Positions 16,996 to 26,093 of a DNA stretch of 64,000 bases are shown here, piece after piece. The notes beneath the pieces were generated by a model. It did not search any database. It worked only from the letters and a program-made list of their open reading frames with translations, and was not told the DNA's origin. A program made the position numbers and the translations under genes. The DNA is from an archaeon (lineage in GTDB: Archaea > Nanobdellota > Nanobdellia > Pacearchaeales > GW2011-AR1): assembly GCA_018651925.1 (NCBI GenBank), contig JABIDC010000011.1:9064-73063 (forward strand), written 5' to 3'. Position 1 is the stretch's first letter. Each line of letters begins with the position of its first letter.

Positions 16996-17382
16996 ATGAC
17001 AAGGAAAGTTACTCCAGAAACAGTTTTTGCAACAAGAAGAAACCCTCCAAGAAAAACTCTAAGAGAAAAATTATCTCAAAATAGGGGAAAAATAATTGGA
17101 GCAGGAATTACACTTTTAGCATTAGCTGGAACAGCAAAATTTATTGATTCAAAATATTTATTGATTCCAGATTTCAATCAAGCCGAAAAAATTCAGTATA
17201 ACAATCCATCTGGAGAACTTTGGGATGCATACATGGGAGAAAATGTTCCAAGAAATAGATTTAATTGGGAGGCTTACCAAATAGAAGTAGATAAATTAAA
17301 TCCAAATGGACGAGAAGGATTAATATATTTACCAGATTTAGATGAAAACGGAAAAGTTGGAGAAGGATCAAATTCAAAATAA
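16996..17382 (+). CDS. Single-pass membrane protein, member 1 of a tandem trio
   Basis: N-terminal KTLREKLSQNRGKIIGAGITLLALAG (a basic motif followed by a TM helix), then a small extracytoplasmic domain. Confidence 0.55.
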   Translation: MTRKVTPETVFATRRNPPRKTLREKLSQNRGKIIGAGITLLALAGTAKFIDSKYLLIPDFNQAEKIQYNNPSGELWDAYMGENVPRNRFNWEAYQIEVDKLNPNGREGLIYLPDLDENGKVGEGSNSK

Positions 17383-17383
17383 A

Positions 17384-17746
17384 ATGGAAAATAAAAAAGA
17401 ATCTAATCTGAGAAAATATATCTCAAGAAACATAACACCAATCGTTCTTGGAGGATTAACAACCGTAATAGTTGCAGCAACTGCATTATCCTCTTTTGGA
17501 CCCACAATTCATTTAGACGGAAAAATTGAGTCAACAAAAATGAACGGAGGAAGATTTGAATCAATGATAGTAGAATCTCCAGGAACTAATTATTTCGCAG
17601 ATACAAACAATAGAAGGGTTGTAGATACATCTGCAATGAGTTATAAGAACCTCCAAGAAGGAGAAAATTATCATTTTGTATTAGTTAATCCAATTATTAG
17701 TGGTACTTATATGCGATCAGCCACTCCAGATACAACCAAAAATTAA
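17384..17746 (+). CDS. Single-pass membrane protein, member 2 of a tandem trio
   Basis: The ATG at 17384 lies 1 nt after the upstream stop. The N-terminus reads MENKKESNLRKYISRNITPIVLGGLTTVIVAATAL. Confidence 0.5.
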   Translation: MENKKESNLRKYISRNITPIVLGGLTTVIVAATALSSFGPTIHLDGKIESTKMNGGRFESMIVESPGTNYFADTNNRRVVDTSAMSYKNLQEGENYHFVLVNPIISGTYMRSATPDTTKN

Positions 17747-17760
17747 ACACCTCAAGAAAA

Positions 17761-18132
17761 ATGACTAAAACACTAAGAGAAAAATTAATCAAACATCGAG
17801 GGAAGGTTGCTACAGCGATTATTCTTCCAGCATTAATTGGACTCGGAGTATATCTCTCAGGAAATGATATTAGAGAAGAAACATTAGTATATCGAGGACA
17901 CCAATTTGGAGGAAAATGGGGAAATCTTTTAGTTTTTGATGATAAGAAAAAAAGCGAAAGAGGAAATGAATCTCCAGACTTAGAAATTTACGATACTCGC
18001 GCTCTTCTTTTAAATCAAACATATAATTTAACAATTGCGAGCCCAAGATTGGGAGGAAGAGAAAAACTTCTAAAAGCAAATTGGAATGAAAATCAAAGTG
18101 AAGAACCACTTGAATGGTTAGATCATGATTAA
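17761..18132 (+). CDS. Single-pass membrane protein, member 3 of a tandem trio
   Basis: MTKTLREKLIKHRGKVATAIILPALIGLGVYL shares the KTLREKL..[NH]RGK[IV] + TM N-terminus with member 1. Confidence 0.55.
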   Translation: MTKTLREKLIKHRGKVATAIILPALIGLGVYLSGNDIREETLVYRGHQFGGKWGNLLVFDDKKKSERGNESPDLEIYDTRALLLNQTYNLTIASPRLGGREKLLKANWNENQSEEPLEWLDHD

Positions 18133-18177
18133 TTCTCAATAAAGAAACTTTAAAAACTTCTTAAAATATAATTTTAT

Positions 18178-19362
18178 ATGACAAATATACCCGAATTAAA
18201 TGTAGGAGTTGTAGGACACATTGATCACGGAAAAACAACCTTACTTGGAAGATTAACTGGAAAATTCACAGACACTCATTCTGAAGAATTAAAACGAGGA
18301 ATTACAATCAAATTAGGTTATGCAGACATAACTATTTCTAAAGATAAAGACGGATTCAATACTGAAGGAAAAGGAGAACCACAAAGATACATCTCTTTCA
18401 TCGACGCACCAGGACATGAAATGCTTATGGCAACAATGCTTTCAGGAGCAGCAATTATTGATTCAGCAATCTTAGTTGTTTCAGCAAACGAGGGAATCAG
18501 ACCTCAAACTCGAGAACATTTTACTGCCCTTCAAGCAAAACAAGTAAAAAATATAATCATTGTTCAAAATAAAATAGATTTAGTTTCAGAAGAACAAGCC
18601 CTTGAAAACTACAAAAAAATCAAAGAATTCGTAAAAGGAACAATTGCAGAAAATTCTCCAATAATTCCCATCTCTGCACAACAAGGAATAAACATGGATA
18701 TTTTACTTGAAGAATTAAATAAACTTGAAGTTCCAAAAAGAGATGCAAATGCAACACCAATGTTTTTAGTTGCTAGAAGTTTTGATATAAATAAACCTGG
18801 AAAAGAAATTAAAGATCTAAACGGGGGCGTTCTCGGAGGAATCCTTAAACAAGGGACTCTAAAGGTCGGAGACGAAATTGAAATTAAACCAGGATTGATG
18901 ATAAAAAAAGCTGGACAAGTAAGTTATGAAACATTAACAACAAAAATTCTTTCATTACATAAAGGAACTGGAAAAGTCAATGAAGTTCTGCCAGGAGCAA
19001 GCATCTCAATTGAAACATCTCTTGACCCTTTCTTAACAAAAACAGATTCTTTAATTGGTTGTGTTGCATCCACAAAAGGTTCTTTACCAGAAATTAGTCA
19101 TAAAGTTAAAATAAAAACAAAATTATTCAAAAAAGTAATGGGCTCAAGTAAGGAAGAAGCCGTTGAACCAATTAGAACAAAAGAAATGTTAATGTTAAAT
19201 GTAAATACAACAATTACTGTTGGAACAGTTGTTTCAATAAAAGGGGATGAAATCGAATTAAATCTTAACATCCCAATAGTTGCATTAAAGGACGATAATT
19301 TAGGAATTGCCAGAAACATTGAAGGTCATTGGAGACTCATTGGTTGGGGAACCATTGAATGA
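18178..19362 (+). CDS. eif2g: Translation initiation factor aIF2 gamma subunit
   Basis: Carries GHIDHGKTTL, ELKRGITIKLGYA, FIDAPGHE and NKIDL, followed by beta-barrel domains II and III. The usual Cys4 knuckle between the G2 and G3 motifs is replaced by the Cys-free SKDKDGFNTEGKGEPQ. Confidence 0.9.
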   Translation: MTNIPELNVGVVGHIDHGKTTLLGRLTGKFTDTHSEELKRGITIKLGYADITISKDKDGFNTEGKGEPQRYISFIDAPGHEMLMATMLSGAAIIDSAILVVSANEGIRPQTREHFTALQAKQVKNIIIVQNKIDLVSEEQALENYKKIKEFVKGTIAENSPIIPISAQQGINMDILLEELNKLEVPKRDANATPMFLVARSFDINKPGKEIKDLNGGVLGGILKQGTLKVGDEIEIKPGLMIKKAGQVSYETLTTKILSLHKGTGKVNEVLPGASISIETSLDPFLTKTDSLIGCVASTKGSLPEISHKVKIKTKLFKKVMGSSKEEAVEPIRTKEMLMLNVNTTITVGTVVSIKGDEIELNLNIPIVALKDDNLGIARNIEGHWRLIGWGTIE

Positions 19363-19673
19363 GCGAACAAGGATTTTTGAAAATACTCGGATTAAAAGGA
19401 GAAGATTATTGTTTAATTGCAAGAAATATTCGAAGAATGATAAATACTTCTTCCCATTCATTTAGAAGAATAGAAGAAGACGCAATAGCACAATTCAATT
19501 TAGATACTCCAGAAAGAAGACAAGCAATTATTGATTTTAAAAATGACCTTAGCAATGTAGAAACAGTATATGAAATTGCAGGAGTAAAATGGGAAAATGG
19601 ATTGCCTCCAAGGGAAACATATATGGCAATTTATGATCATATGTTAAGGCATCCTCCAGAAGACTCATCTTAA
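19359..19673 (+). CDS. Hypothetical protein translationally coupled to aIF2-gamma
   Basis: ATGA start/stop overlap with eif2g. No motif recognised. Confidence 0.5.
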   Translation: MSEQGFLKILGLKGEDYCLIARNIRRMINTSSHSFRRIEEDAIAQFNLDTPERRQAIIDFKNDLSNVETVYEIAGVKWENGLPPRETYMAIYDHMLRHPPEDSS

Positions 19674-19733
19674 TTCCAACAAAACTTATAAAGAGATTTG
19701 TTTTTTTCTACTTACTTAAAAGAGGATTTTAAA

Positions 19734-20570
19734 ATGGTAATGTATTCACACTCAAGATTATCGACATTTGAACAATGTCCCTATAGATATAAACTTAGAT
19801 ACATCGACAAAATAAAACCAGAAGTTGAAAAGTCAATAGAAGCCCATTTAGGAACATGTGTTCACGATACATTGGAATGGCTTTATATTGAAGTAAAAAA
19901 AGGAAAAATTCCGACAATCGACGACGCAATAACTTATTATTCGGAAAAATGGCAAAATGAATTTAAACCAAGTTTCATTATTGTAAAAAAAGAATTTACT
20001 GCAAAAGATTATTTTGAAAAAGGAGTAAAATTTCTTCTTGGATATTATGTAAAACATACTCCCTTTCAAGACGGGACATTAGAATTAGAAAAAAGAATTT
20101 TTATTAAACTAACAGAAGAACACAAACTTATTGGATTCATTGATAGACTCTCTTACAATAAAGAAAAAAATCGTTATGAAGTTCATGATTACAAAACTGC
20201 AAACACTCTTCCAACCCAAGCTAAAATGGACGAAGACAGGCAACTAGCACTTTATTCAATAGCAATAAAAGAACTCTATGGTCTGGAAAAAGAAGTAGCA
20301 TTAATTTGGCATTATCTAGCACATGATACAATAATAGAATCTTTCAGAACAAATGAAGAACTTTCTCAATTAAAAGAATCTACAATTAATTTAATTAAAA
20401 CCATTGAAACTGCAATGGAATACCCAACAAAAAAATGTATTCTTTGTAATTGGTGTGAATATAAATCAATGTGCCCTGAATTTGGAGGCACAATTAAAAC
20501 TAAAGAACCAAAAGAAAAACAAGTAAGTTTAGATAATTATCCAACACTAAAAAAATACATTAACGATTAA
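19734..20570 (+). CDS. PD-(D/E)XK nuclease, Cas4/AddB-like, with a putative 4-Cys Fe-S cluster
   Basis: YSHSRLSTFEQCPYRYKLRYI supplies the first Cys. GFIDRLS...YEVHDYKT is the D...E.K catalytic core, and QLALYS is the QxxxY motif. The C-terminal CILCNWCEYKSMCPEF supplies the other three Cys. No CRISPR or other cas genes are nearby. Confidence 0.75.
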   Translation: MVMYSHSRLSTFEQCPYRYKLRYIDKIKPEVEKSIEAHLGTCVHDTLEWLYIEVKKGKIPTIDDAITYYSEKWQNEFKPSFIIVKKEFTAKDYFEKGVKFLLGYYVKHTPFQDGTLELEKRIFIKLTEEHKLIGFIDRLSYNKEKNRYEVHDYKTANTLPTQAKMDEDRQLALYSIAIKELYGLEKEVALIWHYLAHDTIIESFRTNEELSQLKESTINLIKTIETAMEYPTKKCILCNWCEYKSMCPEFGGTIKTKEPKEKQVSLDNYPTLKKYIND

Positions 20571-20842
20571 TCTTCAATCCTTATTGCTTTTCCATTAATT
20601 ATAGAATCAGCAATTTTCTTTCTTGCAGACAAAATTAATCTATGAAAAGTAGACTGGGAAACCTCCATTTTTTTAGCACATTCAGTTTGATCTAAACCTA
20701 AAAAATCTTTCAATCTGATAGATTCAAATTCATCTTTTGCTAAAACAGATTCTTCTAAATCAACCATTCGAATTCCTGCAGGTTTGAAATAAAAAGAATT
20801 AGGTCTCCCACGAATTCTTCTTCTCTTAAAAGGCCTAGGCAT
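20567..20842 (-). CDS. DUF134-family putative DNA-binding protein
   Basis: MPRPFKRRRIRGRPNSFYFKPAGI...DEFESIRLKDFLGLDQTECAKKMEVSQSTFHRLILSARKKIADSIINGKAIRI is the canonical DUF134 pattern. The start is at 20842, not the track start at 20908. Confidence 0.8.
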   Translation of the reverse strand: MPRPFKRRRIRGRPNSFYFKPAGIRMVDLEESVLAKDEFESIRLKDFLGLDQTECAKKMEVSQSTFHRLILSARKKIADSIINGKAIRIED

Positions 20843-20996
20843 CTTGTTCTTTCCAAGCCCTAGCACCACAGCCACGTCTTCTTCCGAATCCTCTTGGACA
20901 AGAGTCATCTTCCGGAGTCGCGCCTTCGCATTTTCCTTTCTTTCTTCCAGTCAAAGGGCCTTTACCTTCTGGACCAGTTCCGTCATTATTTGGCAT
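20835..20996 (-). CDS. DUF5320-like small Gly/Arg/Cys protein (53 aa); missing from the ORF track
   Basis: Manual translation from the ATG at 20996 gives MPNNDGTGPEGKGPLTGRKKGKCEGATPEDDSCPRGFGRRRGCGARAWKEQDA*. The MP..DGTGP.G.GP.TGR opening is the DUF5320 hallmark. Its TAG stop (20837..20835) overlaps the DUF134 ATG (20842..20840). The region is visibly more GC-rich than its surroundings. Confidence 0.6.
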   Translation of the reverse strand: MPNNDGTGPEGKGPLTGRKKGKCEGATPEDDSCPRGFGRRRGCGARAWKEQDA

Positions 20997-21077
20997 TTTA
21001 TTTTGTCTCCAATTTAGTTATGAATATATATTCATAACACTATATAAAGTTTTTGTTTATTAAAATAAAAAGAACAA

Positions 21078-23531
21078 CTATTCAATATCAACAGCATCTT
21101 GAACTTTCACCACATCAGTTACTTTGTCGCCATCTTGCAACTTAACAATTCTAACTCCTTGTGCAGCACGACCCATTACTCGAATATTTTCCAATCCCGT
21201 CCTAATTACAATTCCTTTTGCAGTTGTAATTATTATGCTATCTGCATCTTTAACAGAAACCGTATTCACAACATTTCCTGTCTTCGGAGAAATCTTTAAA
21301 TTTATAACTCCTTTTCCTGCACGAGCAGTTTTACGATAATCTTCAACAGCAGTTCTTTTCCCATAACCATTTTCAGTAATTGTCAAAATTGCTTCTTTAC
21401 CAAGAATTTCTAAACTCACTACTACATCTCCTTTATCCATCTTAATTCCAGTAACCCCATAACTTGCTCTTCCCATTGCTCGAACATCAGCCTCATTAAA
21501 CCGGATAGATTTTCCATGCTTTGTAGCCAAACTTACTTCCTGACCCTTCTTAACAACTTCCACACCAATTAAAACATCAGAATTATCTACTGGTAAATTT
21601 ATTGCTTTAACTCCTGAAGCTCTTGGTTTAGAAAAATTACTCAAAGAAATTTTCTTCACTTGCCCAGCACGAGTAGCCATAAATAAATGATCTTCAAAAT
21701 TCTTAACAGAAATTACATTTGTAACACTTTCATCTCGAAGTCCCAAAAGGTTAATCAAAGCTTTTCCTTTCCCATATCTTTCCGCCTCAGGAAGCTCATA
21801 AGCTTTTAACCAAAGAACCCTTCCTCTCGAAGTGAAAAACATTAAATGATCATGAGTAGAACAAGTTAAAAGTTGTTTTACAAAGTCTCCTGTTGCCAAA
21901 TTGCTACCAATAACTCCCCTTCCTCCACGTTTCTGTTCCTTGTAAGTTTGAATATCCATTCTTTTACAATAACCCTTATCAGTGATATTAACTACAACTT
22001 CTTTTTCTTGAACTAAATCTTTTTCAGAAAATTCTCCAATTCTTTTCAAAACAGTTGTTCTTCGGTTGTCACCATATTTTTCCTTTAATTCTTTAACTTC
22101 TTTAACAATTATCTTCAAAACCTCATTAATGTCTCCTAAAATTTGTTCTAATCTCTCAATTATACGATGCAAATCTTTTTGTTCATTTTCTAACTTTTGA
22201 ACTTCCAAAGAAGTCAAAGCTTGAAGCTTAGTCTCCAAAATTGCTTCTGCTTGTTTCTTTGACAAAGAATATTTTTGAATCAGTGCATCCATGGCTTCAG
22301 CTTTTGTTTTAGATTTTTTGATTAATGCGATAACTCCATCAATATCTTTCAATGCAATGAGTAATCCTTCAACAATTTCAAGTCGAGACTTTGCTTTCTT
22401 TAATTCAAATTTAGAACGATTAATAATAATTGATTTTCGATGACGAACATAATGGGATAAAACTTCTCTCAATCCAAGAGTCTTTGGTTTTCCTTCCACT
22501 AATGCCAAAAAATTCACGCTAAAAGATTCTTGAAGACGAGTATATTTGAAAATTGAATTTGTAATAAACTTTGGATTGGCTCCTTTCTTTAATTCAAGAA
22601 CAATTCTAATTTTTCCTTTAGAAGATTCATCTCTCAAATCAGAAACATCCCTAATTTTCTTTTCAGAAACTAATTTTGCAATTGAAGTAATCAAAACAGA
22701 TTTATTTACCATATAAGGAATTTCTGTAATCACTACTGCTTCTTTTGTCTTAATCTGCTCAATTGTAGTCTTACCTCTCATTATTAATCTTGAACGACCA
22801 GTTTTGTAAAGTTCAACCATATCTCCTTGAACTTGTCCCCCAGTAGGAAAATCTGGGCCCGTAATAAATTTACATAATTCCTCGACAGTAATTTCTGGAT
22901 TTTGAACATATTCGATAATTGCACTACAAACCTCAGTTAAATTATGTGGAGGAATATTTGTAGCCATTCCAACTGCAATTCCAGTTGCCCCATTAAGCAT
23001 TAAAGCTGGAAGCTTTCCTGGAAGCAACACCGGTTCCTTCAATGAACCATCATAATTATCTCTAAATTCAACAGTTTCTTTATCCAAATCATCTAATAGT
23101 TCAAAAGAAAGCTTTTCCATTTTGACTTCTGTATAACGCATAGCTGCAGGACGATCTCCATCTATCGAACCAAAATTTCCTTGCCCAAAAACTAAAGGAT
23201 ATCTTAAAGAAAAATCTTGGGCCATACGCGCCATAGCCTCATAAACAGCAGTATCTCCGTGAGGATGATATTTACCAATTACATCCCCTACAACTCTTGC
23301 CGATTTCTTTGTAGGAGTATTTGGTTTTAATCCCATTTGTTGCATGGCATAAAGAATTCTTCGCTGCACAGGTTTCATTCCATCTTCAATTGAAGGAATC
23401 GCACGACTAACAATTACACTCATTGCATAATCCAAATAAGATTTTTTCATTTCCTTAGAAATTTCTGTTTGAACTATTCCTTTTTCTTCTTCGATTACTC
23501 GGTTTTCATCTATACTAGTATTTGAGGTCAT
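21078..23531 (-). CDS. gyrA: DNA gyrase subunit A
   Basis: Carries [31 protein letters not shown], the catalytic AAMRYTE and C-terminal beta-pinwheel repeats. Confidence 0.96.
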   Translation of the reverse strand: MTSNTSIDENRVIEEEKGIVQTEISKEMKKSYLDYAMSVIVSRAIPSIEDGMKPVQRRILYAMQQMGLKPNTPTKKSARVVGDVIGKYHPHGDTAVYEAMARMAQDFSLRYPLVFGQGNFGSIDGDRPAAMRYTEVKMEKLSFELLDDLDKETVEFRDNYDGSLKEPVLLPGKLPALMLNGATGIAVGMATNIPPHNLTEVCSAIIEYVQNPEITVEELCKFITGPDFPTGGQVQGDMVELYKTGRSRLIMRGKTTIEQIKTKEAVVITEIPYMVNKSVLITSIAKLVSEKKIRDVSDLRDESSKGKIRIVLELKKGANPKFITNSIFKYTRLQESFSVNFLALVEGKPKTLGLREVLSHYVRHRKSIIINRSKFELKKAKSRLEIVEGLLIALKDIDGVIALIKKSKTKAEAMDALIQKYSLSKKQAEAILETKLQALTSLEVQKLENEQKDLHRIIERLEQILGDINEVLKIIVKEVKELKEKYGDNRRTTVLKRIGEFSEKDLVQEKEVVVNITDKGYCKRMDIQTYKEQKRGGRGVIGSNLATGDFVKQLLTCSTHDHLMFFTSRGRVLWLKAYELPEAERYGKGKALINLLGLRDESVTNVISVKNFEDHLFMATRAGQVKKISLSNFSKPRASGVKAINLPVDNSDVLIGVEVVKKGQEVSLATKHGKSIRFNEADVRAMGRASYGVTGIKMDKGDVVVSLEILGKEAILTITENGYGKRTAVEDYRKTARAGKGVINLKISPKTGNVVNTVSVKDADSIIITTAKGIVIRTGLENIRVMGRAAQGVRIVKLQDGDKVTDVVKVQDAVDIE

Positions 23532-23767
23532 TCTAATTCTCCCTCCTCTGTTTCTTCATAAGAAATTAAAAAAGAATTTTCCTCATCAACATCGAAATTA
23601 AAAGGTTCTCTATTTGTTTTCAATAAACATAATTTTGTTATTAGTTCGTCAATCTCCAACTCAGTTAAAGAAAATTCCATTTCTTCACCCACTAATTCCG
23701 TATTGCCAGGTACACCGAGCGGTGCTGATTCAACATCTTCCATTTTATTTATATTTTCTTCTTCCAT
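23528..23767 (-). CDS. Small, highly acidic protein (79 aa) coupled between gyrB and gyrA
   Basis: [18 protein letters not shown]...[21 protein letters not shown]. Its ATG overlaps the upstream TAA (TAATG), and its TGA overlaps the gyrA ATG (ATGA). Confidence 0.55.
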   Translation of the reverse strand: MEEENINKMEDVESAPLGVPGNTELVGEEMEFSLTELEIDELITKLCLLKTNREPFNFDVDEENSFLISYEETEEGELE

Positions 23768-24069
23768 TACGCAACCTCCTCTCCTTTTTCATCTAAATAT
23801 TTCATAAATTCTTCCTCTCCAAATTCTTTTGTTATAATCTTTGTTCCTTCCCATTTACACTTTCTACATTCCCACATATTCTTTGTTTCTCTTCCCACAA
23901 CAACTCCAACTTGATCGCTCCCACATTCTGGACATTCACGAACTTTGAAAACTTTTCCAGCTTTCTTTACCGAATCCTTTTTTCCCATTGCGGCCTCATA
24001 TTCTGCAGGGGAATCATATCCTTCTTTTATCCATTCTGGTGTCGCTAATTTTCCTTTCTTTTTTGCCAT
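23767..24069 (-). CDS. Zn-ribbon protein (100 aa; CPEC...CRKC) coupled between gyrB and gyrA
   Basis: MAKKKGKLATPEW...VRECPECGSDQVGVVVGRETKNMWECRKCKWEG...EEFMKYLDEKGEEVA. The ATG at 24069 lies 1 nt after the gyrB stop. The longer track ORF (to 24183) would overlap gyrB. Confidence 0.6.
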   Translation of the reverse strand: MAKKKGKLATPEWIKEGYDSPAEYEAAMGKKDSVKKAGKVFKVRECPECGSDQVGVVVGRETKNMWECRKCKWEGTKIITKEFGEEEFMKYLDEKGEEVA

Positions 24070-24070
24070 A

Positions 24071-25957
24071 TTATATGTCCAAGTTTGCATTAAGAGCATT
24101 TTCTGTGATAAAAGTCTTTCGACCTTGAACATCATCGCCCATAAGCATTGAAAACACTTGATCTGCTTCAACAGCGTCTTCAATATAAATTTTTTTTAAT
24201 TTACGAGTTTTGGGATTCATTGTAGTGTCCCACAATTGAGTAGAACTCATTTCCCCCAATCCTTTAAATCGTGTAACATTTGTAGTATTTAATTTTTCAC
24301 AAACTTTCTTTAATTCTTTTTCTGAATAAACATAATGATCCTTTTTCTTTCGAACACGATATAAGGGAGGCATAGCAGCAAATACATTTCCATTTTCAAT
24401 TAATTGTGGCATAAATCTAAAGAAAAAAGTCAATAGTAAAGCAGTAATATGTTCTCCATCCACGTCTGCATCCGCCATTAAAATAATTTTATTATATCTC
24501 AATTTATCAATATCAAATTGTTCGCCAACTCCAGTTCCAATTGCAGTAATCATATTTGTAATTTCTTCGCTAGATAAAGCTCTTGCAGCATTTGCTTTTT
24601 CAACATTTAAAATTTTACCTTTCAAAGGTAAAATTGCTTGCATTTCCTTATTTCTCGCTTGCCTAGCTGAACCTCCCGCACTATCTCCCTCAACCAAATA
24701 AATTTCAGATTCCTCTTTCTTTTTTGCAGAACAATCAGCCAATTTTCCAGGTAAACCCCCAAGAGAAAAAACATTCTTTCTTCTAACTAACTCTCTCGCT
24801 TTCTTAGCTGCCAATCTTGCCTTTGCCGAAGCCATTGCTTTATCTACAATCTTTTTAATTACCGAAGGATTCTCTTCAAAAAACTCTCCTAATGCCACAG
24901 TCGCAATTGAATCAACAAAACCTTTTACTTCAGAATTTCCTAATTTAGTTTTTGTCTGACCTTCAAATTGAGGTTCGGCAATCTTAACACTAACAATTGC
25001 AGAAATTCCTTCACGAGCATCATCTCCAGTTAAAACAATTTTATTATTTGCTCCGCCCTTCTTTTTAATATAATCATTAATTACTCTCGTTAATGCAGTT
25101 TTAAATCCAGAAACATGGGTTCCCCCTTCGATAGTATTAATAGTATTAACAAACCCAAAAATATTTTCTCTATAACTATTATTATACTGAACTGCAACCT
25201 CCACCACAGTTGTTCCTTCTTGTTTTTTAAAGTAGATTGGTTTATGTAAAACTTCTTTAGACTTATTAATCCATTTAACAAATTCCATTAATCCTCCAGG
25301 AGCAAGAAATTTCTCTTTTTTTCCTTGAATTTTATCTTCTAAATTTATTTCAAGCCCAGCATTCAAAAAAGCAACTTCTCTAAATCTCGATTCTAAAATT
25401 TTATAATCAAAAATTAAAGTTGAAAAGATTTGTTCATCTGGCCAGAAAGTCATAGTAGTTCCAGTTTCATCTCCACAAGTTCCACTTTGAACAAGTTTAG
25501 TCATAGCAGCTCCTCGAGAATATTCTTGTTTGTAAACCTTCCCTGCTCGTTTAATTTCAACTAATAATTTAGAAGACAAAGCATTTACACAACTCATTCC
25601 TACTCCATGCAATCCTCCAGAAATAGCATAAGAATCCTTATCGAACTTTCCTCCTGCATGAAGTTTAGTTAATGCAACCTGAACAGCAGGAATTTTAAAT
25701 TGGGCGTGAATATCCACCGGGATTCCCCTCCCATTATCCTTAACAGTTACAGACCCATCTGCATTTATCGAAACATAAATTTTACTACAATATCCTGCTA
25801 AAGCCTCATCAACAGAATTATCCAATAACTCATAAACCAAGTGATGTAATCCTTCTTTTGAAGTAGAACCAATATACATTGCAGGCCTACGCCTAACACC
25901 TTCAAGCCCTTCAAGGACCTTAATTGAACCCGCACCATAATCTTTATTTGTAACCAT
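24071..25957 (-). CDS. gyrB: DNA gyrase subunit B
   Basis: The GHKL ATPase motifs are HHLVYELLDNSVDE and DNGRGIPV. The Toprim motifs are EIYLVEGDSAGGSA and PLKGKILNVE. Also DADVDGEHI and the C-terminal tail. Confidence 0.96.
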   Translation of the reverse strand: MVTNKDYGAGSIKVLEGLEGVRRRPAMYIGSTSKEGLHHLVYELLDNSVDEALAGYCSKIYVSINADGSVTVKDNGRGIPVDIHAQFKIPAVQVALTKLHAGGKFDKDSYAISGGLHGVGMSCVNALSSKLLVEIKRAGKVYKQEYSRGAAMTKLVQSGTCGDETGTTMTFWPDEQIFSTLIFDYKILESRFREVAFLNAGLEINLEDKIQGKKEKFLAPGGLMEFVKWINKSKEVLHKPIYFKKQEGTTVVEVAVQYNNSYRENIFGFVNTINTIEGGTHVSGFKTALTRVINDYIKKKGGANNKIVLTGDDAREGISAIVSVKIAEPQFEGQTKTKLGNSEVKGFVDSIATVALGEFFEENPSVIKKIVDKAMASAKARLAAKKARELVRRKNVFSLGGLPGKLADCSAKKKEESEIYLVEGDSAGGSARQARNKEMQAILPLKGKILNVEKANAARALSSEEITNMITAIGTGVGEQFDIDKLRYNKIILMADADVDGEHITALLLTFFFRFMPQLIENGNVFAAMPPLYRVRKKKDHYVYSEKELKKVCEKLNTTNVTRFKGLGEMSSTQLWDTTMNPKTRKLKKIYIEDAVEADQVFSMLMGDDVQGRKTFITENALNANLDI

Positions 25958-26028
25958 TTTAAATCAATCACCGACGACAACTCTTTTTTAGTAGTCTATC
26001 ATTATAAAATTTTTTTACTTTAAAAACC

Positions 26029-26050
26029 TTGTTATAGTTTTTTATAACAA
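26029..26050 (-). terminator. Hairpin plus T-run downstream of the Cys-rich gene (possible terminator)
   Basis: On the minus strand, TTGTTATA-AAAAAC-TATAACAA (an 8-bp stem) is followed by GGTTTTTAAAG. It lies between the stop at 26094 and the gyrB TATA-like box (ATTTTATAAT, 26001..26010). Confidence 0.3.
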
Positions 26051-26093
26051 TAATGTTTTAAAACTAAAAGTTCTTTTTATCGAGGAGAAATTA

